Origin: an uncultured virus (IMG/VR IMGVR_UViG_3300047445_000292)
Lineage: Duplodnaviria > Heunggongvirae > Uroviricota > Caudoviricetes
DNA: 64,000 nt
Virus record (IMG/VR): IMGVR_UViG_3300047445_000292
Reading direction: 5' to 3' (one strand)
The notes under the pieces were generated by a model that was not told the DNA's origin, did not search any database, and saw only the letters and a list, made by a program, of their open reading frames with translations. The translations under genes and the position numbers were made by a program. Positions 48,601 to 56,592 of the stretch are shown here, in pieces (within the stretch, counting starts at the first letter, position 1; each line of letters opens with the position of its first letter).

Positions 48601-49311
48601 CCCGAACTTGTCTTGTTGCAGGCGCACCGCCCGCTCGCTGGCAGTCAGCGCCGAGGCGGCAAAGGCGCGGCCCTGCTTGGCACTGGCCGAAGTTTCCACC
48701 GCGCCGGCATTGCCGCGGGCGGCGGTGAGGAACGCCTTGCGACCTTCCGGCGACTGGATCGCCTTGGTCCGGCGCGCACGCTCCAGCGTCTCAGTCGTGC
48801 GGGCGCGGGATTCTTCCAAACGTTGGTTGCGCACCGCGTCGGTCTGCGCCTGGCGCACGGCGGCGCTGTTGGCCTTGAAACTCTTGGTGACGTTGTCGAT
48901 CAGGGGCGCGATGTTGCGCGAGGTGGCCCCCAGGCTGGCCATGATCTTTTCCAGCCCGGTGAGGTGCCGGAACATCGGGATCTGTTCAGCGTTGCCGGCG
49001 TTGCGCAGGGTGTTGGCCAGCTTGCCCAGCTGGTCCTGGAACGTCTTGAGTCGGCCGAACGCTTCGGGCAACCGTGCCTGCTGGCCACGGGTCAGCCGGT
49101 CGGGCGTGGTAGCCGCCCGGTCCAACAGCGTCTTGTCTTTCTTGACCTGGGTGAGCAGCTTACCGAGTTCTTTGGCCTGCTTCTTGGCAGGGTCCAGGTT
49201 GAACGCGGCGCCGAGTTCTGTGAGGGACTTTTTGGCTTTGGCCAGATCCTCACCTTCCAGTGTGATACCAGCCCGGATCAGCGTCTTGATGATTGCGTCT
49301 TCGCCGGCCAT
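42655..49311 (-). CDS. Tape measure protein
   Basis: 2218 aa, Ala/Gln/Lys-rich helical; central phage minor-tail-type segment; C-terminal GPGTGTSDSIPA..SNGE motif. Confidence 0.92.
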   Translation of the reverse strand: MAGEDAIIKTLIRAGITLEGEDLAKAKKSLTELGAAFNLDPAKKQAKELGKLLTQVKKDKTLLDRAATTPDRLTRGQQARLPEAFGRLKTFQDQLGKLANTLRNAGNAEQIPMFRHLTGLEKIMASLGATSRNIAPLIDNVTKSFKANSAAVRQAQTDAVRNQRLEESRARTTETLERARRTKAIQSPEGRKAFLTAARGNAGAVETSASAKQGRAFAASALTASERAVRLQQDKFGTDSPEARRAERKLALSAQAFNDLDTRATQLAAQEAAARQTKRTRDAQAIRQQVIDTNARVAQQKNPTGQKAFYAAARGDTASIETSKNASSGLAFAEKELSARTQINRLTREMFGAESKEAQRTARELDAVSQAYARLTDRVEELRQVEKLRKKDEAAANAVAKAESNASFNRTLRGRAERQGRKALQQAGGVDGNVDAFTDIGAARKAQAFVRGEMNDLATLQRNYANAFGASSDQAKRAGREAEKYGDYLDKLRGRIEVLNSAKVEQNSLDRLQEKIQTSEDKRRTRGTVNAKGKQLFERADGDYSQLSTLGDVRKATKFAENELRQLELQQQATAKEAGRDSDAYKQVSAEVDKYARSVAELNAQQERLAQNSKTRVSRPSRSAVGSAVYPEGRKIYQDASKAPGGLVNLNEEDAKSARQYVQARLSEVRGKGKEFSNLYGVSSTQAVAAGNAARKFAGDLDVLNEAIKPPSSGLNLLQSTLRSFLKYAVGYAALYGLAAALGALARGVVDLQTAFLDIQAVTGSTDAQMGKLSQTVLDVAKNSKFSLTELTEAAKVLAQAGVSVEDMNTTLKATADFAAATGSNLQVAADLISTTRSVFKELSDDVIANQLAKAINISKLTGEDLKTILSLGAQTAKSFGLTSEQFLAAVSTLRNAGLKASTAATGLRQGMLEIFSPDLKLTKALQERYRAMGEEMGAEAVKARFFAFSKGRAPLQAALTELKRLGFNDEGALGLSRAFDIRSANAIKAMISNLEELAANESKITFGRAAAEGADTTIKGLEASFTRLKSTISGFTYNRSEGVLAFFTDVINYADKAIQALDRYDLHKRAQGESGLPGAGELLLGGAPRQVLQFAYRHTVGRLFPGEQSADEAGAQATAQGQEINQAEDLFQKYDQAAKTWDIKLAELGQNVGSTAESLLTASRTADDLNAAISNVFGTNLSKSNEQVLELVKSYTKLAPSERADQLEVLKTQFPQMAALIQGMTKSEADRALFTIEELGNTVSGTLKGMTDQLNTKLVNARKTLDKMDGAAPANEQELEAQLYQQIVAQSESLQQILAGTSKEAMDMQLGILQQAAQTLADQMRANGAVNPLDANAKKVSEQFIQRIKAISLSDNKSTAEADMRAAVIELLARFHELDGAAIGHLQEIQGALFDAANQLKGGLMKNLLTLSVGKIQETLDSQATKVLQETADRVKYGETIAKTFNNPKFLAYLKKTTDAKTGGAQQLFSDISAGGVPEDEARGNTQRYQFAASKVKEYRDVQGRQDQLVEETTKETKKQLAMEQARTKAAEEYEQARTDKQFGLAKAKLVELTNAEIAIEQRKAKEAQDELDLDVGKDPEKNKGLIRRRIEAEARIGELQQKQAKEASRIDREASKVDLSRAQGQKTAEQRRLKGVLDNATNLTPQAVIDDTIKQYDQVNKDLLEIFERRKALEGSLTGQSEAEVEERKKLLVPYKQQADYLELVFRRERQTRDEIDDQLALALSTGNLLNDARLEDKGLEPGDRTQRRDYLLRNRDLLIQKGNSAQGSLQFAQDKVGELTAASLQDKDNKHISESLRVARAEVNELHRVLADTNTELGNTELALERVTGTWESGFKRAFDPNVIQRSLEQSESSLEHFGEVINDHVVTAIEGIGDAFADAVVDGKSLSGTLDEVFSQLSKETMRTLIKTLSNETIGSLTGTLFGSNKGPGQQQQGAIPALLARFGWGGSPKTGEATNTTSQATQPVSFMDSVVSTLTGNTVSKEDGCCLPPETGVALKKVAEGPGLANLVETEGKGFFEELGGGFVGLLDDVTKGFGSVFGNLGGLLGLASKTGAGQASGLLSFATMAGSLLAGGAGGGSATYKGAYGFAGGGIISGPGTGTSDSIPAYLTGPSGQHQELRVSNGEAILNAKATAALGADFIHSVNNGRMLNASSSYVMNDQASLSGSMPAAPVSQGGRSGGGTDTYNVHVTPAQMRMRMGDWLDQQILNERAKR

Positions 49312-49314
49312 ATC

Positions 49315-49845
49315 TTAGAACCCCAGTTTTTTCATAATGTCGATCATGGAATCCACCGACTTCTTGTCGGTCATGTCGATGTCGTGGACCGATTCGTTCT
49401 GGCTGGTCAGCTTCCCGCCCGCGCCGAGTAGGCAGGCTTCAAAGCGGGTGCGCAGGTCTTGCCAAACGTGCGCGGTTTTCACCTCGATCATGGCCTTGAC
49501 CAGGTCCATGTCGACTTCGCAGTACAGGGTCTGAGCCCGCAGCGGGTCGTAGTCGGCCAGCCACACGCAGAGCTGGTCGGTTTTCAGGGAGTTCAACCAG
49601 GTGGTGTAGGCCGAGCCGTAGCCGTTGCCCTTGGGGCCGATCTGCGCAGGGGCTGCGGGGGTCTGGTTGTCTTCCAGCAGGCGTTTCGCCAGTGCCTCCA
49701 GGTTGGGGCAGGGCATCTTTGCTTGTTCGGCGGCCAGCTCGATGGCCAGCCCGAGGGCCAAGTCGGGTTGTTTCTCGATGACTTCGCCCAAAATCTCTTT
49801 GAACAACAGGGTGATCTTTGGCTTGCTTTGACGGAACAACGACAT
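49315..49845 (-). CDS. Probable tail assembly chaperone
   Basis: Lies between the major tail and tape measure genes; GGAGG SD. Confidence 0.6.
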   Translation of the reverse strand: MSLFRQSKPKITLLFKEILGEVIEKQPDLALGLAIELAAEQAKMPCPNLEALAKRLLEDNQTPAAPAQIGPKGNGYGSAYTTWLNSLKTDQLCVWLADYDPLRAQTLYCEVDMDLVKAMIEVKTAHVWQDLRTRFEACLLGAGGKLTSQNESVHDIDMTDKKSVDSMIDIMKKLGF

Positions 49846-49868
49846 CGCACACCTCCGATCGCTGATGG

Positions 49869-49892
49869 AAAAAGGCCGGGCAGCGCCCGGCC
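49869..49892 (-). terminator. Rho-independent terminator after the major tail gene
   Basis: Minus strand GGCCGGGC-GCT-GCCCGGCC-TTTTT. Confidence 0.8.
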
Positions 49893-49910
49893 CCTGTTGC
49901 GTTCCCGGAC

Positions 49911-50714
49911 TTAGCTACCGCCGAGGGCGAGGAAGCCAGTTGGGTGGGACGGGATGATGTTGGCGAGGTGAGCCAGGTTGGCCCCGACGCCGTACTCAGC
50001 CGCTGCCGGCTGCAGGCATTTCAGGGTCATGGTGGTGCTGGCGAAGTCCGAAGCGTTGGTCGCGTACTCCAGGTTGCCCGAGATAGAGGCCTTCCAGAAG
50101 TTCCACACCAGCGGACGGCCCGAGCTGTTTTCCTTCTGAACGATGGCGGCAGCCATGTAGTTCGTTTGGGAAACCGCACCGATCGCCACTTGCTTGGCGA
50201 CAAACACCGGGTCACCTACCGCCAGGTCGAACAGCAGCGGGGTGGAGGCGTCCAGGGTCAGGGTGTTGGTGGACACCGAAGCCACGCGCAGGATCTGCAC
50301 GGTTTCCGGGGTGTTGACCTTGTACGACACGATCAGGTCGCTGCCCGAAATGCCGGTACCCGCCACCAGGGTCAGCGAGGTGGCCGCAGCCGAAGCGGCG
50401 GTACCCACAGTGCTGGCCACGTCCGCGACTGCGGTGGTCACACCATCACCGATCGCGATTTTCAGGTTGCGGCGCGAGTATTCGCGCAGCACGGTGGACA
50501 CTTCGGCGGTTTGACGCACCACCGCGGAGTCCATCAATTGCTTCGGAAAACCGCCTTCCAGGTCGACGGATTCTTGGCCGATGGTGACCGAGCAGCTGTC
50601 AACCAAGCCCACGGAGTGGGTCTGGAGCAGCTTCATGGCCGAGGTCATCGGGCCGACGCGCAATTCGGCGGTCCCGATCTGAAACTTGTTAGTGACTGGC
50701 GAGCCCAAAGACAT
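49911..50714 (-). CDS. Major tail (tube) protein
   Basis: 267 aa, IGTAEL.VG N-terminus, followed by a terminator; position. Confidence 0.7.
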   Translation of the reverse strand: MSLGSPVTNKFQIGTAELRVGPMTSAMKLLQTHSVGLVDSCSVTIGQESVDLEGGFPKQLMDSAVVRQTAEVSTVLREYSRRNLKIAIGDGVTTAVADVASTVGTAASAAATSLTLVAGTGISGSDLIVSYKVNTPETVQILRVASVSTNTLTLDASTPLLFDLAVGDPVFVAKQVAIGAVSQTNYMAAAIVQKENSSGRPLVWNFWKASISGNLEYATNASDFASTTMTLKCLQPAAAEYGVGANLAHLANIIPSHPTGFLALGGS

Positions 50715-50718
50715 GGCG

Positions 50719-51453
50719 TTATCTCCTGCGAAGTAGTTTGATCATCTGTTCCTGCATTGCCTTGCCCAGCCTGTTGGCCAGTGGTCGCATCAGAGGCCGG
50801 CGACCTTCGTTCAAGAACGCGCGGTAAACACCGTCCCGCTTGTTCGTTCTCCCCAAAGGTTCCAGCACTACCCCGCGCCTTCCCGCAGCGGCCCCCGCGA
50901 TCAGCGCCCTACGAAGCGCTTGATCAAGGAAAGCCGGAGACAGTTTTTTGAACACAAGGGGGTGATCCACTCGGAAATCCCCATTGCTGAGTTGTCGAAT
51001 GATTGGCTTGGATTTGCTCATCCGCGCCTTGCCCGGCGCCCATGCCGCGAAGGCGGCGTGCAAGGTGCCGGTGTCAAGCCAGAACACCGTGGGGCCGATG
51101 CTGCGCCCCAGCCCGGCGTAGCCACGCTGTGCACGTTTGTGCTTGCTCTCGCGCCAGGGCTTGCTCAGGGCCTTCCAGTCCACCGCGACTTGCATGCGCC
51201 GGCCGCCAGGCAGGTACGGGTTGCTCACCAGAAATTGGCTGCGCGGCTGGGTGTTGCCCGGAATGCCTTCGTTCAACAGTTTTTGGGTCGCGTCGACCGC
51301 CGCCTGGTAGAAGTTGGTGCCGATCACTTCCAGGAAATGCTGCTTGCCCACGGCGCGGGTTTCCACGGCCTTCTGCACACCCTTGTGTTTCAGGACCAGG
51401 GCGCGCAGCGCCTTTTCGTTGAACTCAAAGCTGACGCTGGTGTTGTTAGCCAA
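50719..51453 (-). CDS. Basic neck/tail-completion protein
   Basis: 244 aa, DTGTL motif, position. Confidence 0.5.
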   Translation of the reverse strand: MANNTSVSFEFNEKALRALVLKHKGVQKAVETRAVGKQHFLEVIGTNFYQAAVDATQKLLNEGIPGNTQPRSQFLVSNPYLPGGRRMQVAVDWKALSKPWRESKHKRAQRGYAGLGRSIGPTVFWLDTGTLHAAFAAWAPGKARMSKSKPIIRQLSNGDFRVDHPLVFKKLSPAFLDQALRRALIAGAAAGRRGVVLEPLGRTNKRDGVYRAFLNEGRRPLMRPLANRLGKAMQEQMIKLLRRR

Positions 51454-51919
51454 AGTTCACCGCCTTGCCCCGGATCACCGCGAAGCGGATACCGGATTGG
51501 CGATCGAACATCTGCGGCGAAATCTCGTTGGAAATCACCCGCACGAAGCCCTTGCTGACGTTGTCTGCCGGCGAGCTGGTGGCCAGGATGTAGTTGAACA
51601 GCTGGAATTCCTGGTCCGCCCGGAACACGTCACGGATCTGCGACACCAGGTCGATCAGCGCATAGTTGCTCGGGTCGGCCACGGTGCGTGCCCCCACCGA
51701 GAACTCAATCTCGTACAGCGGCGCCCGCGGGTCAGGGGTGAACGACCCGAACTGCCAGAGCAGCGCTGGGCCTTGACCCTTGAACGCCGCGTCGGTTTGC
51801 AGCATGTCGTCGACCTCGGCCCACAACAGGCCGGGGTACTGCGCCTGCAGAGCGGCGCACTTGTCCGAGACCAGCTTGTCGATGGTGCCTTTCACAATCA
51901 GGGGAAAGTCGTTAGCCAC
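51446..51919 (-). CDS. Tail terminator-like protein
   Basis: GTG start at 51919; position in the neck module. Confidence 0.45.
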   Translation of the reverse strand: MANDFPLIVKGTIDKLVSDKCAALQAQYPGLLWAEVDDMLQTDAAFKGQGPALLWQFGSFTPDPRAPLYEIEFSVGARTVADPSNYALIDLVSQIRDVFRADQEFQLFNYILATSSPADNVSKGFVRVISNEISPQMFDRQSGIRFAVIRGKAVNFG

Positions 51920-52517
51920 GGCGTTGGACCCTCGCGGCTGGGATTTCCAACGATTGGAAAACCTCGGTGATGTCGAGCACTTCGTTGGTGTCCAACCGAC
52001 GCACATACATGTCGGTGGTGGCCACGACGTTGCGCGGGAAATACACGGTGTAAATGGTGAAGTCGGTCAGCGGGAACTCGCGGGAATCCACCGCCGAGTA
52101 GCGCGACATGTTGACCCAGGTGTCAAACAACACCTCTTCGGCGCCGGTCTTGCGCTTGGCCCCGGACTGCAAGGTTTCGACGACTTCACGGCACACGCGC
52201 ACATGGAACGGCGCCTGGTGCAGGGCGAAGGTCGTGCCGTACACTGCGGCGCCTTCGATGTCCTGGTTCAGGCTTTCCAGCATGTACGCAGTCGGACTGT
52301 TGCCGAGGCGGATCACCGCGTAGGGCGCGGGCAGGGCTTGGTCACCGGCCAGGGTCAGGATGCGTTTGCGCTGGCCAAAGTCGCGCTCAGTGATAAACCG
52401 GTCGTAGACCTGCAAGCGCCCGCGCAGGCCGGTGTCGTCCCAAACGCTGGTCGCAGCGTTCCACCCCATTAACGGGGTGTGGGCGAAGCGGCCGAGGGCG
52501 CGGGCGAGGTCGGCCAT
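51912..52517 (-). CDS. Head closure/neck protein
   Basis: 201 aa; position. Confidence 0.5.
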   Translation of the reverse strand: MADLARALGRFAHTPLMGWNAATSVWDDTGLRGRLQVYDRFITERDFGQRKRILTLAGDQALPAPYAVIRLGNSPTAYMLESLNQDIEGAAVYGTTFALHQAPFHVRVCREVVETLQSGAKRKTGAEEVLFDTWVNMSRYSAVDSREFPLTDFTIYTVYFPRNVVATTDMYVRRLDTNEVLDITEVFQSLEIPAARVQRRG

Positions 52518-52996
52518 TACTGGATCACCTCGGTCACAGGGTCGGCGCCAGGTGTCGCCACGTTGACGTAGTTGGTGTACGGCGCCACGGTTTGCGCACC
52601 GTCGACCGCACCCTGCAACTCGTTTTTGTACTTGGCCACCTTCTGTGCCGCCAGTTCCGCCACCGTGCTCAGGTCGACCTTAAAACGGTCGAGTTGGGCC
52701 TTGCCGTCCGTGACGATCTGCGGCACGGCCAGCGGGCGGTTGGCGAACTCCAGCGCCACGAACCACTGGGCATAGAGCTTGATCCGGTCGGCGATCGCCT
52801 TGGCAGCAGTAGTCGGGCTGACAACGGTGCCGGCGGCGTACAGGGTGGCGTGGGTCGGCAGCCAGCCGTCGAGGTCGAGGCTCAATTCCAGCGCGACCTG
52901 AGAATCCACCATGTAGCGATCCGGGCAGTCATCCTGATCAACGCCCAGGCAGCCGCGCACCGCTTCGGTGGTGGTGTACGTCCCGAGCGCAGTCAT
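52517..52996 (-). CDS. Head-tail adaptor protein
   Basis: YTTTEAVR..LG N-terminal pattern; position after the capsid gene. Confidence 0.55.
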   Translation of the reverse strand: MTALGTYTTTEAVRGCLGVDQDDCPDRYMVDSQVALELSLDLDGWLPTHATLYAAGTVVSPTTAAKAIADRIKLYAQWFVALEFANRPLAVPQIVTDGKAQLDRFKVDLSTVAELAAQKVAKYKNELQGAVDGAQTVAPYTNYVNVATPGADPVTEVIQ

Positions 52997-53250
52997 TACA
53001 GTTCGCCAATCAATTTGGCGGCCATCTGAGTCGCGAGCCAGCTGCCTTCCGAAGGCGCAGCGTCAACGCGAACCACAGTCACCGGGCTGTAGTGGATGTT
53101 TGTCACCGGGTCGGTGTACCCGAACGGGGTCATCGACTTGAGGAATTTTGGCCAGTCGCTTTTGGCTACTGGTGCAGGTGCAGGGGCCGGTGCTTCGGCT
53201 GCGGCAGGTGCTGCGATGGGTGCTTCGTCTTTGACTTTAGGACGTGTCAT
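52996..53250 (-). CDS. Small Pro/Ala-rich protein downstream of the capsid gene
   Basis: ATG at 53250 after GGAG. Confidence 0.6.
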   Translation of the reverse strand: MTRPKVKDEAPIAAPAAAEAPAPAPAPVAKSDWPKFLKSMTPFGYTDPVTNIHYSPVTVVRVDAAPSEGSWLATQMAAKLIGEL

Positions 53251-53272
53251 GTCTCTGCTCCGTGTGGGTTGA

Positions 53273-53288
53273 GGGGTCTTGCGACCCC
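53273..53288 (-). other. GNRA-capped hairpin 3' of the capsid gene
   Basis: Minus strand GGGGTC-GCAA-GACCCC; no U-tract. Confidence 0.55.
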
Positions 53289-53320
53289 CCGATTCCAAGC
53301 CCATCCTTTATAACCAAACC

Positions 53321-54526
53321 TTACAGTGTGAGTGTCATCACCTTGAAGGCATCGGTATAAAGGCTGTGGGTGATTTCGCCATAGTCCACACGGAACGCCG
53401 TGGCGCGACGGAGCACGAACTGCTCGATCGCGCTGTACTGGGCGCTGATGTTGATCACGCGGCGCAGGGCGAAGCGGGTATCGAGGCCAACAAAAGTGTT
53501 GGTCGCGATCACGCCGTCATCGACGATCAAGATCCGTGGATCTGGACCGGTCAGGTTGTCGACGGTGATGCCCTGGTTGAACGCCTCGGCTTCCTTGATG
53601 AACACGGTGTCGCGAGTCGGCTTGCCGGTACGCGCTTCGATGGCCATCGCGGTGTCCAGATCGCAAATACCGCCCAAGGTCATCATCTGGCGACGATTCT
53701 TGTGCATGTACTTGACCCACGCCTTGTGGGTCATCTGGCCTGCGGCAGTGATGCCGGCAGGGTCGAGCGAGTCAGCGGTGAAGCTGGTCTTGGCGGTCTC
53801 ACCACGGTCCACGTCGCCGGCAACGATCGCCGCGATGTCACCTTCAACCATGCGCACACGCTCTTGGCGGGCTTGTGCGGTCATGGCCAGGTTGACCAGA
53901 TCCAAGGTGGAAGCCTGAGCAGCCTGGTCGGAAATCAGCAGGCCGATCGACTTGGTTGGGATGCTGTTCGAACGATCCGAGGTGGTGATGCTCAGCATCA
54001 CGTCCGGTTCAGCGAGCTGCGCGATCGGAGACGACGCAGTGCCTTGCGGGCGGGTGATGTTGATGATCGGCTGATCGAACTTCGGCCCGGTCACCGTCTG
54101 AGTCTGAGCGATGAAACTTGCCCAGGTGCCCAGCAGGTCGCCGTAGTCGTCGCGCAGCTTCGACTCGATGGCGCGCATCAGGATTTCCGGGTACAGCATG
54201 CGGCCGGCCACGGTGTGGCGGTCGGAACCGTCACCCCGGGTGATCGAGCCGAGCTGAATGCCGGTTTCCAGCATTTCCTTCATGCTCGGTGGACGCATGC
54301 CCATCCGGTGGTCAGTGCTGGTGAGCATGCCGGAGTGCAACATGGCCTGTTGCAATACGTCGCCGTATTTCACCAGGTCGGTGCTTTCGCCGTACAGCTG
54401 GTTCAGGTGCTGGGACAGGGACAAGCCCTTGGCCGAGGCTTCCGCGTACATCTGGACGTGGAACGGCACCTCGATCAGGTTCCCTTCCGCGTTGCGCACC
54501 TTGAGGTTGGTCTGCATATCACTCAT
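53321..54526 (-). CDS. Major capsid protein
   Basis: About 400 aa following the protease and decoration genes; HK97-like C-terminal pattern. Confidence 0.8.
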   Translation of the reverse strand: MSDMQTNLKVRNAEGNLIEVPFHVQMYAEASAKGLSLSQHLNQLYGESTDLVKYGDVLQQAMLHSGMLTSTDHRMGMRPPSMKEMLETGIQLGSITRGDGSDRHTVAGRMLYPEILMRAIESKLRDDYGDLLGTWASFIAQTQTVTGPKFDQPIINITRPQGTASSPIAQLAEPDVMLSITTSDRSNSIPTKSIGLLISDQAAQASTLDLVNLAMTAQARQERVRMVEGDIAAIVAGDVDRGETAKTSFTADSLDPAGITAAGQMTHKAWVKYMHKNRRQMMTLGGICDLDTAMAIEARTGKPTRDTVFIKEAEAFNQGITVDNLTGPDPRILIVDDGVIATNTFVGLDTRFALRRVINISAQYSAIEQFVLRRATAFRVDYGEITHSLYTDAFKVMTLTL

Positions 54527-54559
54527 TTCAAATTCCCCCAAAACTATGTGGTTGGGCGC

Positions 54560-55057
54560 TTACACGCGCTCAAGCAGAACCAGATCACCAGCCACCCCGG
54601 TGCCCGAAATGATGCGGACCACCTGCCAGTGGTAAGGGCTGTCCATCGGAATGGTCGCCTCATCCGGGGCAGGTGTTGCATCGACCTGAACCACCACGGT
54701 TGGACGTGGAGCTACCTGTGGGTAGCCAGCAGTGCCCAGCGCGGTTTGGGTGTAGGCAACGACAAAGCCGTTCAGCGTGACGGTCTCGCCGGTGCCGACT
54801 TGCGCGATCTTGCGACCGCGGCGCTGGACCGAACCGAAGCTGAAGCCGGCGTTGACGGTGCTCGGCTCGATCGCGGCGACAAAGCCCTCGATCGCGTCGT
54901 TGTCCGCGCACAGCACATAGTTCTGAGCCGTGCCGCGCTTCACCGCTTTGCCGATGTCGTTGTTACCGAAGGGTGCGGACGAACTGGCACCCAAGGCCGC
55001 CGAAGTGGTGTCCTTGAGTGCGTCGGTAACGCTTTCCCCGTATGCGAAAGTAGTCAT
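54560..55057 (-). CDS. Head decoration/cement protein
   Basis: DIGKAVK...YVLCAD.D.IEGFV; lies between protease and capsid. Confidence 0.65.
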   Translation of the reverse strand: MTTFAYGESVTDALKDTTSAALGASSSAPFGNNDIGKAVKRGTAQNYVLCADNDAIEGFVAAIEPSTVNAGFSFGSVQRRGRKIAQVGTGETVTLNGFVVAYTQTALGTAGYPQVAPRPTVVVQVDATPAPDEATIPMDSPYHWQVVRIISGTGVAGDLVLLERV

Positions 55058-55083
55058 GAATCAATCCCCCAAAGAATGTTGTG

Positions 55084-56592
55084 TTAGAGCTTCACGCAGT
55101 CCGCATTCGGGACGTAGGCCTGGGTCTTCTTCTCGCCCAAGTCGCTATCGCCCGGAACCTCGGCTTGCGCGCCGATCTTCATCCGCGAGTTGAAATCGGA
55201 GAGCGTGCGGTGGTACGTGCCGATCAGGGTTTCCGCGCTCATACCGGTGAAGCTGGTAGGGCTACGGCTCAACGGCAGTTCCATGCGGTTGATGGCGTCA
55301 CCACAGATTTTCATCAGGGTGGCCATGCTGGCCGAGCGTTCCGATTCACTGGCTTGCAGGCGCTTGACCTCACCACGGGCGTCGGCCAAGTCGCTCGAAA
55401 GCGAAATGATCTTGTCCAGGGTCTGGTCGGACATCTGCTCAGCTTTTGCGGCCGGGGCCGGGGCTGGTGCGGCTTCTGGTTCAACCTTCGGATCTGTCAC
55501 GACCGGGTCAGCAGCAGCGGCAAGCGCAGCGGCTTCGGCAGCTTCACGTTCTTCCTTGGTTGGTTCTTTGATTTCTTCGGAAAGCTTCGGGTCAGCCAAG
55601 GCCAGTTTCTCAGCCATCCCCGAAGCGACGGCCGCTTGGCCCGCGTCAGTCAATTTGCGCTTCATATGGTCCACACCTAAGTAGGTTGATGGGGTGAGTA
55701 CAGAGACCTGTGGCTGTCGATCACCCACTGCTTTCATCACGGCGGAAACCGCCTTGTCGAAGGTAGTGATTTGGTCTACTAGCCCCACTGCCACAGCGTC
55801 ATCGCCCATAAAGACGCGACCCTCGGCGGCGGTTTCGATCAGTGCCGGTACGGCGATGCCACGGTGCGTGGAGACGTGCGAGAGGAAGAGGTCGTAGAAC
55901 TTCCCCATGCGCGCCTCGATGTCGGCCCGTGCCTTGTCGTCCAGCTTTTCGTAAGGCGAACCCAGTGCTTTGAATTCACCCTGGCGAAGCATCGTTACGT
56001 CGATCCCTTGCTCTTTGAGCATCCGGGCGTAACTGAAATGTGCGCTCACAACGCCGATGGACCCGTCCATGGCCATCGCGGAGCTGAAAACTTTGCGGCC
56101 GATGCAGCCGATCCAGTAACCGGCGGACAGCATCTTGGTGCCGGTGTACGTGTAAACAGGGATCACGTTCTTATCGAACTCGGTCAGGAAGTCCGACAGT
56201 TCGCCGATGCCCTCGGCGCTGCCGCCGCTGGTGTCGATGTCGAGCAGCAGGCCGCGACAGCCGGACTCAGCGGCGACGATCGCGGCGTTGCGCACTTCCT
56301 GGTACGAGCACAGGCCGACGTAGCGGTTGTAGTAAGTTTCCTTGCTGACCATGCTGCCGCTGATGCTGAGCACCGCGATGTCGCCGTGGCGGGCGAGCAT
56401 GTAGCTGTATTCCGGGAACCCGTCGAAGGATTCGTCTTCGCCGTCGTCGTCGCCGGCATACAACTTGGGGTCGAGCGCGGCCAGTTGCGTCAGGGCATTG
56501 CGGGCGGACAGCATGCTGTCGTCGTCGCCATACCAGATGTCGCCGAGTTGCAGGCTCTGGCCGCGAGGTGTCTTGCTGCGTTTGGCGGTCAT
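55084..56592 (-). CDS. S49-family prohead protease with C-terminal scaffold domain
   Basis: LDIDTSGG, SAGYWI, GSIGV, GEFKA, F...V...RG motifs. Confidence 0.88.
   Translation of the reverse strand: MTAKRSKTPRGQSLQLGDIWYGDDDSMLSARNALTQLAALDPKLYAGDDDGEDESFDGFPEYSYMLARHGDIAVLSISGSMVSKETYYNRYVGLCSYQEVRNAAIVAAESGCRGLLLDIDTSGGSAEGIGELSDFLTEFDKNVIPVYTYTGTKMLSAGYWIGCIGRKVFSSAMAMDGSIGVVSAHFSYARMLKEQGIDVTMLRQGEFKALGSPYEKLDDKARADIEARMGKFYDLFLSHVSTHRGIAVPALIETAAEGRVFMGDDAVAVGLVDQITTFDKAVSAVMKAVGDRQPQVSVLTPSTYLGVDHMKRKLTDAGQAAVASGMAEKLALADPKLSEEIKEPTKEEREAAEAAALAAAADPVVTDPKVEPEAAPAPAPAAKAEQMSDQTLDKIISLSSDLADARGEVKRLQASESERSASMATLMKICGDAINRMELPLSRSPTSFTGMSAETLIGTYHRTLSDFNSRMKIGAQAEVPGDSDLGEKKTQAYVPNADCVKL

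Noticed and set aside
43510..49431. Long + strand ORFs (1230 aa and 725 aa) opposite the tape measure
   Set aside because: Antisense shadow ORFs caused by GC-rich codon bias; no motifs or SD; fully overlap a well-supported gene
49315..49845. Programmed frameshift of the tail chaperone (G/GT), or readthrough into the in-frame tape measure
   Set aside because: Only one ORF fills the interval, no properly framed slippery heptamer was found, and the stop is TAA
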